Origin: Nitrosopumilus sp. | Lineage (GTDB): Archaea; Thermoproteota; Nitrososphaeria; Nitrososphaerales; Nitrosopumilaceae | Direction: 5' to 3' | Assembly: GCA_965224195.1 (NCBI GenBank) | Contig: OZ245040.1 | Location: 288,001-352,000 of the forward strand | Length of the DNA: 64,000 bases | In this document: one piece after another, positions 50,326 to 61,147 of the stretch | Layout of the letters: every line of letters starts with the position of its first letter | Numbering within the stretch: position 1 is the stretch's first letter | Translations under genes and position numbers: made by a program | The notes under the pieces: model-generated | What the model saw: only the letters and a program-made list of their open reading frames with translations | Database searches by the model: none | Told to the model about the DNA's origin: nothing

Positions 50326-51300
50326 TCAATTTCCTATACTGTTAAAGATTGGTAGTAGTTCATCTATTGTATGATAAAAAGAAAGCACACCAACCCTTGT
50401 GTAATCATCAAAATAATAAGATAGACTAGCACGGTAATGGTTGTAATCAGTACCGCCTTCAAATGCACTAACAGTTGTACCATCACGCATCATGTCTCTA
50501 TAACCGCCATAATAACCTGATTGAGACGAAAATATCTCTTCTAACTCTTCCATACCATCTTCAATTTCATTTAATGTTGTTGGAGAATATTTTACATATA
50601 CACTAAACCCTTTTGATATATCCAAGTCAAAATTAGTCACATTTTTGTGTAGCACAAAAGAGTTTGGAACAAAACTAAATTTCAAATCACATCCCCATCG
50701 TACATGGCAGTCAGTATTTGCATACAATAACCTGTATCCGTCAGGGATACGTGTAGGCATCCAATCTTCAATGAAAAAATCTTCCTCAACACTTACAAAA
50801 TATTTTTCATGTGGAATGTTAGGAACTCTGAGAAGACCGTCAGAACCAATACTGTCTGGAGATATCTTACTGTCCATTATTGTGTCAAACATTACCCAAG
50901 GAGCAGATGACTTTTGCAATATTGATCTTTTAATTTCTCGTCCGTCATCGTTAAATTCTACAGGAGAAGCAACATTCAAAAATGTAAACTCTTCATTACT
51001 TTTGGTTTTTAAAACATCATCCTTTTGTTCAATTTTTAATGGCTCTGATTTGTCACGATATTCTACTAGCGATAATCTCTGCATCAATTTTTCAGTGCCA
51101 CAAATAACATTACCATTATTACGTAATGCTATTTTGTGCTCAGGATTTTTGCATTGTATCTGTTTTAATGACACTCTACTTTGGTATTGTTTTGATATTG
51201 ATATAGTATCATCATCTGGCAACTGACTTGCAAATGCTCTGCCAGGTATTAACAGCGCTAGTGAGAATAGAAGTGATGCTACTAAGAGATAAAGTTTCAC
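50326..51300 (-). CDS. Secreted hypothetical protein
   Basis: Signal peptide (..AFA|S) and a C..P.H...R.NG...C motif near the N-terminus. Confidence 0.8.
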   Translation of the reverse strand: MKLYLLVASLLFSLALLIPGRAFASQLPDDDTISISKQYQSRVSLKQIQCKNPEHKIALRNNGNVICGTEKLMQRLSLVEYRDKSEPLKIEQKDDVLKTKSNEEFTFLNVASPVEFNDDGREIKRSILQKSSAPWVMFDTIMDSKISPDSIGSDGLLRVPNIPHEKYFVSVEEDFFIEDWMPTRIPDGYRLLYANTDCHVRWGCDLKFSFVPNSFVLHKNVTNFDLDISKGFSVYVKYSPTTLNEIEDGMEELEEIFSSQSGYYGGYRDMMRDGTTVSAFEGGTDYNHYRASLSYYFDDYTRVGVLSFYHTIDELLPIFNSIGN

Positions 51301-51321
51301 AATATTATATCAACATATTAA

Positions 51322-51822
51322 GAATATATATCTGATCTTAGATGGCAAAGTGAAATCACTACAATATCAACTGCTCTTGCAATACATCCAAAGACTGTAA
51401 TAGTATCTGCAGATGAAATGCCAGCATTACAAGTAATACAAAGAGATGACACAATACTTGCAGATCCTGCACTAGTCTATGCATCTAATGCTGATTCTGG
51501 ACTTAGATTTACTGTAACTGATCCTCAAGGACAATGTATCATTGGTGATACAGATGAATGTCTAGTCAATGAAAGTACTAGAGGAAAACGTGGTGGAATG
51601 GAAAGTGTTCTATATGGTGATCAAATACTCCGAGTCAGATATTCAGGAGCAGATAATGTACTAGAGAGATTCTCAATTACATCAATTGATCCAATTGTAG
51701 GACAATGGAGTGTATCATTAGAAACTGAAAATGGATATGTGCAACAAGCACATGCATCAGAAGATGTCAATGTAAAAATCAAATACAGATATCACTCTGA
51801 AACAATAACAGCATTTTCATAG
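51322..51822 (+). pseudogene. C-terminal remnant of a large surface protein (resembles ends of Nitrosopumilus LamG-containing giants)
   Basis: The frame is open about 32 codons before the ATG at 51418 (SDLRWQSEITT...) and has no signal peptide. It contains ADPALVYAS, GQCIIG...C and RVRYSG...LERFSITS. Confidence 0.6.
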
Positions 51823-51841
51823 GAATTTCTAAAATCTAAGT

Positions 51842-53299
51842 TTATGGATATGCTATTGATTTAATAACTTCTGAATCAAGTTCTGAAATATTGATTCTTT
51901 TTTGTTCCATACTATCCCTCATACGTATTGTTACTGTTTCATCTTCAAGTGTCTGATGATCTACTGTAATTGCAAAAGGAGATCCTATCTCATCTAATCT
52001 TCTATATCTTCTGCCTATTGCACCAGAGTGATCCAAAAATGCATCACATTTTCTTTTTAGCTGAAGATAAATTTCATCTGTTTTTTCTTTCAATCCATCT
52101 TTTTTGACTAGTGATAAAATTCCAATATGAACCGGAGACAAGTATGGTTTTAAGGCTAAAACTATTCTTTCATGCTCTTTGTCATCTTTCAAACTGTGCT
52201 CTAATATTGTATACAGACTTCTGTCAATTCCCATTGATATTTCAAATACGTGAGGCAAAACTTTGTCATCGCCATCCATTATCTCAAATTTTTGCTTGCT
52301 CTTTGTTGCATGACTGGTCAAGTCATAGTCAGATCTGTAATTGCATGCAACTAGTTCTAGCCACCCAATAGTAGTTTCTACTTCAAAATCAAATGCAACT
52401 TCAGCATAGAATGCTTTTTCTTTATTTCCTAGTTTTCTGAATCTACTCTTTGTAATGTCTATTCCTGTTTTTTCATAAAATTCAGTTAAAATTCCCAAAT
52501 AGTATGCTACAAGTTTGTTAGGAACAACTCCTGATTCTACTGCTTCTTTACATGTCATAGAGACAGGATCTCCATCTGTCTGTATTCTTATAGTAATATC
52601 TTGAATTTCTGAAAACTTTTCTACCTCAGATAGATTGTTTGGATTACAAAATACTTCAATTTCTGCCTGATAAAATTCTCTTAGACGAAGTAGACTCTGT
52701 CTTGGAGCAATTTCATTTCTAAAACTCTTTCCTACTTGGGCAATTCCTAGAGGAAGTTTTCCTCTCATTGTTTTGTATAGTCTTGGAAAATCTACAAAGA
52801 TTGATTGACATGTTTCAGGTCGTAGATATGCTTCTTCTTCTTCAGGACCTATGCCAACTTTAAACATCATGTTGAAATTTTTTGTCTTATCAAAATCCCC
52901 TTTACATTTTGGACATTTGATATTATTTTGTGAAATTGCATTATCAAATTCTTCCAAGTCTGCGCTTTCAGGAATTTCTATTTTTGTAAGTTCTGCAATA
53001 GCTCTGTCTGCTCTAAATGTTGCATTACATTTTGTACATTTTATTATTGGATCAGCAAAATTCCCTAAATGCCCAGATGCTTCAAAAACAGATTTTGACA
53101 TTATCTGAGAGCCATCAATTTCAAGCATTCCATCTCTTCGGATTAATTCTCGTCTCCATAGTTCTAAAAATTTATTTTTTAAACTAACTCCAGATGGACC
53201 ATATTCCCAAAATCCGGCTTGTGCATCTGCATAAACTTCACAGCTAGGAAAGTAAAATCCACGCTCAAGTGCTAGTTTCATTACTATTTCATAGTCCAT
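51842..53299 (-). CDS. glyS: Glycine--tRNA ligase (alpha2 type)
   Basis: RPETCQ, GKSFRNEI, RLREF.QAE and IGRRYRR.DEIG motifs. Confidence 0.97.
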   Translation of the reverse strand: MDYEIVMKLALERGFYFPSCEVYADAQAGFWEYGPSGVSLKNKFLELWRRELIRRDGMLEIDGSQIMSKSVFEASGHLGNFADPIIKCTKCNATFRADRAIAELTKIEIPESADLEEFDNAISQNNIKCPKCKGDFDKTKNFNMMFKVGIGPEEEEAYLRPETCQSIFVDFPRLYKTMRGKLPLGIAQVGKSFRNEIAPRQSLLRLREFYQAEIEVFCNPNNLSEVEKFSEIQDITIRIQTDGDPVSMTCKEAVESGVVPNKLVAYYLGILTEFYEKTGIDITKSRFRKLGNKEKAFYAEVAFDFEVETTIGWLELVACNYRSDYDLTSHATKSKQKFEIMDGDDKVLPHVFEISMGIDRSLYTILEHSLKDDKEHERIVLALKPYLSPVHIGILSLVKKDGLKEKTDEIYLQLKRKCDAFLDHSGAIGRRYRRLDEIGSPFAITVDHQTLEDETVTIRMRDSMEQKRINISELDSEVIKSIAYP

Positions 53300-53330
53300 T
53301 ATAACATCAACTCATTCATGAAATAAATTT

Positions 53331-54170
53331 CTACGCAAATCCCTTTGCTACTCTAACGTTCTCAAAGTCATCTCTGTCATCATCAATTGGAGTTTCTAAA
53401 ATTATGGGAATTTTTCTCTTGTTTACAAATTTTATTATTGATTCGATTCCTTTTTCTCCAATTCCACCTAGTCCTAAATGATAATGTCTATCAAGATTAC
53501 AACCTAATTCTCCTCTTGCATCATTAAGATGAAGAATTTTTAAATTATCAATTCCTACATGTTTATCAAATTCAGAAAAAGTTTTCTTTACTGTTTCTTC
53601 AGTTCTTAAATTATACCCTGCTACAAATGCATGACATGTATCTATACATACACCAAATTTTTTTGAAGGTTTTAGTTGTTTGAAAATTTCCCCTAGTTGT
53701 TTAAAATTTGAACCAACAGAATTTTTTTGTCCTGCGGTATTTTCTAAAAGAATCATTACATCATTTTTTATTTTCCCAGCTTTTGTTAATCCTTCAACTA
53801 GTTTTTTAATCCCAGCTTCATCCCCAGTTCCTAAATGACTACCAAGATGAGTTACTAAATACGGAATTCCTAATTGTGCACATCTTTCTGTTTCATCAAT
53901 CAAAGTTTTAACAGACTTTTCAAATCCATCTTCTTTTGGAGTTGCAAGATTTGGTAAATATGGCATGTGTGCACATGTTGCAAATCTATCAATCTTGCTT
54001 GCTTTAAGTTTTGATTTGAAACTATCAATGTTTTCTTTGGTGAGCTCTTTTGCATGCCAACCTCTTGGATTTCTAGTGAAAATTTGAAATGCAGAGCATT
54101 CTCTCTCGACTGCATTATCTACTGATTTATCAATTGATCCAGATATTGAAACATGACATCCGATCTGCAT
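53331..54170 (-). CDS. nfo: Endonuclease IV
   Basis: GCHVS, HMPYL.NL, ENTAG, DTCH, HLND, DRH and LETP motifs. Confidence 0.96.
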   Translation of the reverse strand: MQIGCHVSISGSIDKSVDNAVERECSAFQIFTRNPRGWHAKELTKENIDSFKSKLKASKIDRFATCAHMPYLPNLATPKEDGFEKSVKTLIDETERCAQLGIPYLVTHLGSHLGTGDEAGIKKLVEGLTKAGKIKNDVMILLENTAGQKNSVGSNFKQLGEIFKQLKPSKKFGVCIDTCHAFVAGYNLRTEETVKKTFSEFDKHVGIDNLKILHLNDARGELGCNLDRHYHLGLGGIGEKGIESIIKFVNKRKIPIILETPIDDDRDDFENVRVAKGFA

Positions 54171-54254
54171 ATGTATATTTTCTTAAAACATAATTTAAAC
54201 CAGCGTCAAAATTCAAAAAATCAGATTTTTAAGTGAATTCGGTAGATTACTAAC

Positions 54255-55280
54255 ATGTTAGAGTTAGGTACTGATGAACTTGCAAAATATCCGTTCCTAG
54301 AGGGTGCTGGAAAATTTTTGAAAGAAAAAGGTTTTCCACTATCTCAATTTGGAACTGATCCTGATCTTAAATCCGTCGTGGATAAGGCATATCATAGGCT
54401 TAAAGTCTCTACGGAAGGTGGTATTTACAAATCTGAAATTGTAGACGGAGAAGCATCTGATTCTGCTCGTGAAAAAGAGATTTTTTCTTTTCTACTGGCA
54501 ATAGTTTTGATAAAATTAAGTGGAATGCACACACTCGTTAAACGATTTGCTCTTGCAGAAGCTAGACGTGCAGAAAATCATCTTGAAAAAGATTTAGGAA
54601 AAGCTTCTGATAAATCAAAAATCGATTTGGCTATTAGAATTATTTATGATTTATTCAATATTGAAGTAATAAAAGAAGATGAATTTTTTAAAATTCCCGT
54701 ATCTGATTATCTAAAACATTCAATAGATTTTCATGAAAGAGAATGGAAATTAGTCAATAGGCATGTTGAAAATGGTAAAGTGTTACTAACACCAGATAAA
54801 ACAGTTAGGTTAGTTAGAAAAGAATTAGGAACTTACATTACTTCTAAAATTACTAATGCACCAACTCCACCAATGATTCCTGGACTTGAAAATATAGTAA
54901 ATAAATTAACTTCAATTGGTAAGGCCCTTACTCCTTCTTACACTATAACAACCGGAGAATATCCACCGTGTATAAAACATGCAATTAAAATTCTTGAGAA
55001 AGGAGAAAATCTTCCTCATTCTGGACGATTTATGCTTGCAACTTTTCTTTTATCAAAAGGACAAACGATACAACAAATTGCACCATTATTCAAAAATGCT
55101 CCTGATTACAATCCACGTGTTACACTATACCAACTAAATCATTTAGCAGGAACTTCAGGTAGTGGTACTCAATACTCTTGTCCATCTTGTGAGAAACTAA
55201 AAACCCAAAGTTTGTGTTTTGCAATACCCGAATGTGATAATATCATTAATCCCTTACAATTTGGAAGGAAGAAAAAATAA
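54255..55280 (+). CDS. priL: DNA primase large subunit
   Basis: AKYPFL, PPCI, H..RF.LA, YSCPSC and NPL motifs. Confidence 0.93.
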   Translation: MLELGTDELAKYPFLEGAGKFLKEKGFPLSQFGTDPDLKSVVDKAYHRLKVSTEGGIYKSEIVDGEASDSAREKEIFSFLLAIVLIKLSGMHTLVKRFALAEARRAENHLEKDLGKASDKSKIDLAIRIIYDLFNIEVIKEDEFFKIPVSDYLKHSIDFHEREWKLVNRHVENGKVLLTPDKTVRLVRKELGTYITSKITNAPTPPMIPGLENIVNKLTSIGKALTPSYTITTGEYPPCIKHAIKILEKGENLPHSGRFMLATFLLSKGQTIQQIAPLFKNAPDYNPRVTLYQLNHLAGTSGSGTQYSCPSCEKLKTQSLCFAIPECDNIINPLQFGRKKK

Positions 55281-56401
55281 TGCAAGAAGCAGATTCACAA
55301 TTTTTAGAAGATTCTTTTAAAAAATATTACTTTAATCATTTTGATCTAATCAAAGTTCCAGAGAGAACATCTGAAAGAGAATTTGGATATCAGAAATTCA
55401 CTTCAGGAATGACTAGACACATCTCGATTAAAGATGATAAAGAATTACATCTAATGCTTATGCAAAACATTCCATCTGATGTTTATTGTTCTAATGCATA
55501 CTATACATTTCCTAATTTACCAATGAATGAAAAAGATTGGAAAGAGGCTGATCTAATTTTTGATATTGATGCCAAAGATCTTAATTTATCGTGTAGAGAA
55601 AGTCATACAGTATCAATTTGTAATGAATGTAATGAAGTTTCAAAAACCTTAACTCAATGTTCAAAATGTAATTCATCAAAATTAGAAAAAAAATCATTGC
55701 CTTGCAAAAATTGTATTGATGCTTCAAAAATTGAAGTAGAAAAACTATCTCAAGTTCTAATTGATGATTTTACAATCACCAAAGAAAATATTCAAGTGTT
55801 TTTTTCTGGTAATGAGGGATTTCATGTTTATGTTTATAATTCACAATTTCAACAAATTGGTTCTAGAGAAAGATCCGAATTAACTGATTACATCTCACTT
55901 CGTGGAGTAATACCTGAAACATTTGGAATGAAGAAATACAAACCTAATAAAAATCCATTTCCAGACTTTAATGAAAAGGGATGGAGAGGTAGATTCTCAA
56001 AATATATTTTTGGCTCAAAATCAAAACGCTCAAAAATAATTACAGAATTATTAGCAAATGGTTATTCTTCTTTTCAAAAAACTTTGGATGATGTTTCAGA
56101 AAATATTGGAGTAAAAATTGATCCTAATGTTACTATGGATATACACAGAATTTTTAGATTACCTGGTTCGATTAATAGTAAAAGTGGTCTTACAAAATTT
56201 TTTTGTAATAATCTAACAAAGTTTGATCCATACGTAGAAGCATCTTTTCTTAGTGATGATACAGTAGAAATAATTGCAAACTGCCCAATTGAATTTAAAT
56301 TAAAAAACAAAAAGTTTGGACCTTATCTAAATGAAAAAGTATCAGTTCCGACATTTGCCGCAGTCTATATGATTTGTAAAAAACTTGCTAGAATAGCTTG
56401 A
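55280..56401 (+). CDS. priS: DNA primase small subunit
   Basis: REFG, LIFDIDAKDL, SGNEGFH and D..VT.DIHRIFRLPGS motifs. Confidence 0.95.
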   Translation: MQEADSQFLEDSFKKYYFNHFDLIKVPERTSEREFGYQKFTSGMTRHISIKDDKELHLMLMQNIPSDVYCSNAYYTFPNLPMNEKDWKEADLIFDIDAKDLNLSCRESHTVSICNECNEVSKTLTQCSKCNSSKLEKKSLPCKNCIDASKIEVEKLSQVLIDDFTITKENIQVFFSGNEGFHVYVYNSQFQQIGSRERSELTDYISLRGVIPETFGMKKYKPNKNPFPDFNEKGWRGRFSKYIFGSKSKRSKIITELLANGYSSFQKTLDDVSENIGVKIDPNVTMDIHRIFRLPGSINSKSGLTKFFCNNLTKFDPYVEASFLSDDTVEIIANCPIEFKLKNKKFGPYLNEKVSVPTFAAVYMICKKLARIA

Positions 56402-56448
56402 TTTTGCTGGTAAGACATTAATTTACCAAATCTTAAGAAAATTTAGTT

Positions 56449-59307
56449 TTGTATTCCGCCTCTACTGATAAGCAAGCTCCTCCTACTGATGCCGGAAAAT
56501 ACATCAGATTAGCCATTATTGCAATAATTGGAATAGCGATTTTCACTATGGTTGGAAATCAAGCAGTCATTCTATCAATGAATTTTACAGAATTTGGCGA
56601 TCAATTCACCAAACCTCTTTACTACACACTTGTTTCGACAATAATTCTCTCAGCCATTGCCCTTATTCGAGTTAACATTGTAGGACGATCTTCAATTTTC
56701 TGGTATGCAATTAGCACTGGAATTGGATTTTTAGGAAGTGGAGGACAACAACCAATTTCAAATACTCTAAAAAGTTTTAGTGATTACAAGTTATCTTCAG
56801 TACAATTTGTAATCTGGCAAATTACCAAGATCTTACTTTTCGGAGCTTTCTTTGCAAATATTATGTTTGGATTTGCAGCAATGTCATTTATTGATGGAAA
56901 TACTTTGGGAATTGAAAATCTACCTTCATTGTTTACTTTACCTTTTGTAACTCCTGACAATAATCCAAACTATGCTGCAGAAAATGTTGTTCCAATGATT
57001 CCAGCTTTAGTAATATTGATTCCTCCATTACTTGCCGCAATTGGGCTTCGTCTAGTTTTGTATGTTGGAATTCATAGAATAATTAATGTTGTTACATCTT
57101 ATCTACAAGATTCTAATGAAGGAAAACCACGATATCTAAATTATGTTTCAACTATTGAGGGAATAATTGGTATTGGTGTAATTTGGGTAGGAATTAATCT
57201 ATTTTTCACAGATCAAATTGATTACAATACAAGATATATAATTGGAGGTACTCTTGTCATAGGTTTTGCTTTAATTGCATTCTCAGTAGTTGATAGAATT
57301 AGAGCACGTGTACTAACTCATATGTTTAAACGAGATGTATACATCAGATTTTTAACAATTATTGCAATTGCAATAATTATAATTGGTGTTGTTTCAGTTA
57401 ACGATAGTATTGCTGATTCAAAGAAGATTGAATATTTAGGACCATACACTGCTCAGCAAATTGGAGTAAATCGATACCTTGGTGAAATAAATAATGTACA
57501 AGAAAATATACATGATGTAAAATTAACATCTGTATCTGCAAATAATATCAACAACTACGTGAAAGAAAATAATGATGTTCTTGACGTAATTAGAATTTGG
57601 GATTGGGAAGCAGCTTTTGCTAAATTAAAGCCTGAGATAGGATTAATTCCATATGTAGACTTTGAAGATAACGATATTCTTCGCTTTGATAATACATTAT
57701 ACTGGACTGCTTCAATGGAACCAATTTTACCAACCTCTGTTGCCCTTGAAAATAGATGGTATAACGAACACCTTGTGGTCACTCACGTTCCAAATGGATT
57801 TCTTACTCTTGGAGCAACTGATGGTCAGATTGTTAACGAAGAAAATGAATTGTTCCAACAAAAAGCTGTTTACTATGGTGAAGGTGGATTATTTGAGAAA
57901 ACTTGGTCTGCCTATCCTAATTCTCGAGGTTCACAAAGTGATGAAGTTGCAGATGGATACTATTCTGGAGAGGGTGGATTAGATCTTTCACCACCACTAA
58001 GTTGGATATTTGAGCCAAACTTTTTACTTTCATTTCCATCTGAATCAGTTCACGTTATGAGATACAAAGATGTCCATGATAGAATGGAAATATTGTATCC
58101 TTATTTCCTCTATGATTTGTTTGGGAAAGAATTAGATTCAATTCCTGTAACTGATGGAAAAAATTCCTATTGGTTGATTCCACTAATTATTGGATTTGAT
58201 ACAGGTGATGTTCCTTGGTCTATTGGAAATCCATACTTGCGTTTAGTAGGATACGCTTTAGTTGATACCTATAATGGTGACATTCAATTATTAAAAACTG
58301 GAGATGATTTCTTTACTGACATGTTTACAAGTCAATATTCTGAACAATTTCAACCAATACCAAAATGGTTAGAAGAACAAGTTAGATATCCTGTTGAATT
58401 GTTTAATTGGAAAACACAAATGTATAATGTTTACCATGTAACTAGTGTAGAGACATTTATTCAAGCTAATGAATTCTATGAAATTCCATTAGGTCTTGAT
58501 ACGTATTATGTTCAAGCAAAACCACCTGGTTTTGAAGAAACTGAATTTATAGGAATGCTATCATTGGAATTAAAAGGTTCTAAAAGTAAAAATCTTGCAG
58601 GATTTATGGTAGTAGAAAATGATCTTGCTAATTTAGGAGATTTACAGTTTTATGAAGTTCCATTAAATTCTACTACTAAATTGATTGGTCCTAGTGCAGC
58701 TAGAGAAGCACTTGAAAAAGATCCTGAGTTTGCTACACTCAAAACACTCTTGAAAAATACAAGAATTGGAGACAACATATTGTATCAAGTAGGTGATCAC
58801 GATGTATACTTTATTCCAGTGTATACTTCAGGTGCTAGTGGAGTTGTAGCTCAAATAGGTACTATTGCTGTAGTTGGGGCTGCATTTAATGGAGAATATT
58901 TTGTTGGCCTTGGTGATACTCAAGAAGAAGCATTTAATGCATATTTAAAGAAAGTTTCTGGTGTTGCATCCACTGCAACAACAGCTGATGATAATTATGT
59001 TGAATTAGATAAAAGTAAAAGAATTGACACTATAAAATTAATTTTTGAAGAAAATGACATATTGATTGCAGAACCTACATCTGTTCAAATACCATTATCT
59101 TTTAACGAAGGTCAATTATTCTTCTTTACTGAAAGTGATCTTACAGAGACTGAAGAGTTTATCACTGATTTTATTGATGACTTTGTAAAACCTCGTACTA
59201 ACAGAGTGATTATGTGGCAAGATGAAACAAATATCAATATTGGAACAATAATTGTAAAAGATGATCTTCCTGAGATACATTATGTCTCAATTGAGGTTGG
59301 CAACTAA
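56449..59307 (+). CDS. UPF0182 family membrane protein
   Basis: Multi-TM N-half, IRIWD, WYNEHLV.TH, YYGE, VDTYNG and RYP motifs. Confidence 0.88.
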   Translation: MYSASTDKQAPPTDAGKYIRLAIIAIIGIAIFTMVGNQAVILSMNFTEFGDQFTKPLYYTLVSTIILSAIALIRVNIVGRSSIFWYAISTGIGFLGSGGQQPISNTLKSFSDYKLSSVQFVIWQITKILLFGAFFANIMFGFAAMSFIDGNTLGIENLPSLFTLPFVTPDNNPNYAAENVVPMIPALVILIPPLLAAIGLRLVLYVGIHRIINVVTSYLQDSNEGKPRYLNYVSTIEGIIGIGVIWVGINLFFTDQIDYNTRYIIGGTLVIGFALIAFSVVDRIRARVLTHMFKRDVYIRFLTIIAIAIIIIGVVSVNDSIADSKKIEYLGPYTAQQIGVNRYLGEINNVQENIHDVKLTSVSANNINNYVKENNDVLDVIRIWDWEAAFAKLKPEIGLIPYVDFEDNDILRFDNTLYWTASMEPILPTSVALENRWYNEHLVVTHVPNGFLTLGATDGQIVNEENELFQQKAVYYGEGGLFEKTWSAYPNSRGSQSDEVADGYYSGEGGLDLSPPLSWIFEPNFLLSFPSESVHVMRYKDVHDRMEILYPYFLYDLFGKELDSIPVTDGKNSYWLIPLIIGFDTGDVPWSIGNPYLRLVGYALVDTYNGDIQLLKTGDDFFTDMFTSQYSEQFQPIPKWLEEQVRYPVELFNWKTQMYNVYHVTSVETFIQANEFYEIPLGLDTYYVQAKPPGFEETEFIGMLSLELKGSKSKNLAGFMVVENDLANLGDLQFYEVPLNSTTKLIGPSAAREALEKDPEFATLKTLLKNTRIGDNILYQVGDHDVYFIPVYTSGASGVVAQIGTIAVVGAAFNGEYFVGLGDTQEEAFNAYLKKVSGVASTATTADDNYVELDKSKRIDTIKLIFEENDILIAEPTSVQIPLSFNEGQLFFFTESDLTETEEFITDFIDDFVKPRTNRVIMWQDETNINIGTIIVKDDLPEIHYVSIEVGN

Positions 59308-59850
59308 TTGCTTCTTGTTGTTGATAATGGCTCTATCTATACAAAACAGTTAACTGATTTTTTATCTCAAAAAAATATTTTATTTGAAAAACAATCTCCA
59401 CAAAGTTTAAGATTAGATTTACTTTCAAATTATGACTCTTTCATTCTTTCTGGACGTAGAAAAAATGAAAAAAAAGTTAATGAAATCAATTCTAAAACCA
59501 TCAAGCATTGTATTAAAAATAATAATAAATTACTTGGAATTTGTTATGGTGCCGAGATTTTAGCACTTACTTTAGGGGGAACCATTAGAAAAATCACTTC
59601 TCTTCAAAAAGGAAATGAATCAATCAAAATTATAAAAGAAAATTCCATTTGCAATAATGTAATTGATGTATTTGAAAGTCATAGTTATGAGATATCTAAA
59701 CTACCTAGTGTTTTAATTTCACTTGCTAAATCAGAAAACTGTATAAATGAAATTATTCAATATGAAGAAAGACCAATTTTTGGAACTCAATTTCATCCAG
59801 AAATGAGTCCAGATGGTAATAATTTAATTGAAAAATTCTGTTCTCTTTGA
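59308..59850 (+). CDS. Stand-alone class I glutamine amidotransferase
   Basis: VDNGS, GICYG and QFHPE (Cys-His-Glu triad). Confidence 0.88.
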   Translation: MLLVVDNGSIYTKQLTDFLSQKNILFEKQSPQSLRLDLLSNYDSFILSGRRKNEKKVNEINSKTIKHCIKNNNKLLGICYGAEILALTLGGTIRKITSLQKGNESIKIIKENSICNNVIDVFESHSYEISKLPSVLISLAKSENCINEIIQYEERPIFGTQFHPEMSPDGNNLIEKFCSL

Positions 59851-59884
59851 TTGATTTTAATTACTCTCAAAACTCCTCTATTTT

Positions 59885-60847
59885 ATGGAAGAAGAAAACC
59901 ATGAATTATTGTTACCACTTGTAGATGATGAAAATATTTGTCTCCCTTTACCGATTAATGTAGTGTCAAAATATTGGAATATTGATTTACCTATGGCAGA
60001 AGCTATAGAATCTGCAAAAAAATATTCTGGATTTGATGGTAGTATTTTGATTGAAGGAATAGAAATGGCAGAAAGACATGGTTTGACATGCAAAATAGTT
60101 CATTCATCACTATCTGAATTAAAAAAAATTATTGATTTAGGAATCCCGCCAATTGTAATTCTTCCAGGAATTCCTGAAATTACACAACATGCATCTATAA
60201 TTACAGGATATGATGAACAAGAAAAAACAATTTTACATTATATTCAGAAAGGTAATCAGGAAGGAGAACAACAAGAAGGTGCAATTCCTCAAGATATTTT
60301 TGAAAAAGAATGGTCTGAAGAAGGAAGATTATTACTAATTTTAGCTCCTTCTGACATAATTACATCCATAAATTTAGTAAATGATTCTAGTGACAAATCA
60401 AATAGACTGTGTCTTGTTTCTGAAAAACAAAACATTTTAAAAAATAACGCTGAAGCACTTGAATCATTGAAACAAGCTCTAGAACTTGATGCAAATAATT
60501 CTACTGTACTTAATCTATTTGCTGCAATGCTTAACGCTCAAAATTCCCCAGAATGTGTAAAACATTATGAGAAATGTTTGCAAATCAACAAGAATTCCTA
60601 TTTGACCTATAATGGAATGGGGAATTTTTACCTTAAGACAGGTCAATTTGATAAAGCAGAAAATTCTTACAGCAAGGCAATTGAAATTAATCCGAAACGT
60701 TCTGCAAAAATATACAAAAATCGCGCTTATCTAAAGGAAAAACAAAACAAAAATTCTGAAGCAAAAGATGATCTTAAAAATTATCTAAAATATTATCCTA
60801 AAGCTTCTGATAGAGGACTAATAGAACAAGCAATTAGAGAATTATAA
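59885..60847 (+). CDS. C39-like cysteine peptidase domain plus C-terminal TPRs
   Basis: NIC (Cys), GIPPIV, QHASIITGYD (His, Asp) and F.KEW, followed by 3-4 TPRs. Confidence 0.75.
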   Translation: MEEENHELLLPLVDDENICLPLPINVVSKYWNIDLPMAEAIESAKKYSGFDGSILIEGIEMAERHGLTCKIVHSSLSELKKIIDLGIPPIVILPGIPEITQHASIITGYDEQEKTILHYIQKGNQEGEQQEGAIPQDIFEKEWSEEGRLLLILAPSDIITSINLVNDSSDKSNRLCLVSEKQNILKNNAEALESLKQALELDANNSTVLNLFAAMLNAQNSPECVKHYEKCLQINKNSYLTYNGMGNFYLKTGQFDKAENSYSKAIEINPKRSAKIYKNRAYLKEKQNKNSEAKDDLKNYLKYYPKASDRGLIEQAIREL

Positions 60848-60921
60848 TGCGGAGTGCGGGATTTGAACCCGCGGCCTTCAGCTTGGGAAGCTGACGTCAT
60901 ACCAGACTAAACTAACTCCGC
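60848..60921 (-). tRNA. tRNA-Gly(CCC)
   Basis: Acceptor GCGGAGT...ACTCCGC-A, anticodon arm TCAGC-TTCCCAA-GCTGA and T-arm GCGGG-TTCAAAT-CCCGC. Confidence 0.95.
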
Positions 60922-60958
60922 CTAGAACAATACCGTCAATTATGATTAAATATCTTAA

Positions 60959-61147
60959 TTGTTATCTCAAAATATGGATGCAAGATGCCCTGAATGTGAA
61001 AAAGTTGCAATATTAGATGATGATGTAACGAATGTAAAATGTCCACATTGTAATTTTGAAGCAGATTATGAAACCTATATTGAAATTATGAAAGATCAAG
61101 CCGTCAACATGTCAGCTGATTATATTCCCGATAGACCTGGAATTTAA
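60959..61147 (+). CDS. Small Zn-ribbon protein
   Basis: CPEC...CPHC motifs. Confidence 0.75.
   Translation: MLSQNMDARCPECEKVAILDDDVTNVKCPHCNFEADYETYIEIMKDQAVNMSADYIPDRPGI

Noticed and set aside
60848-60921. tRNA-Gly or tRNA-iMet as an integration site
   Set aside because: No duplicated tRNA 3' end or integrase was seen, and the flanks are ordinary chromosomal genes.
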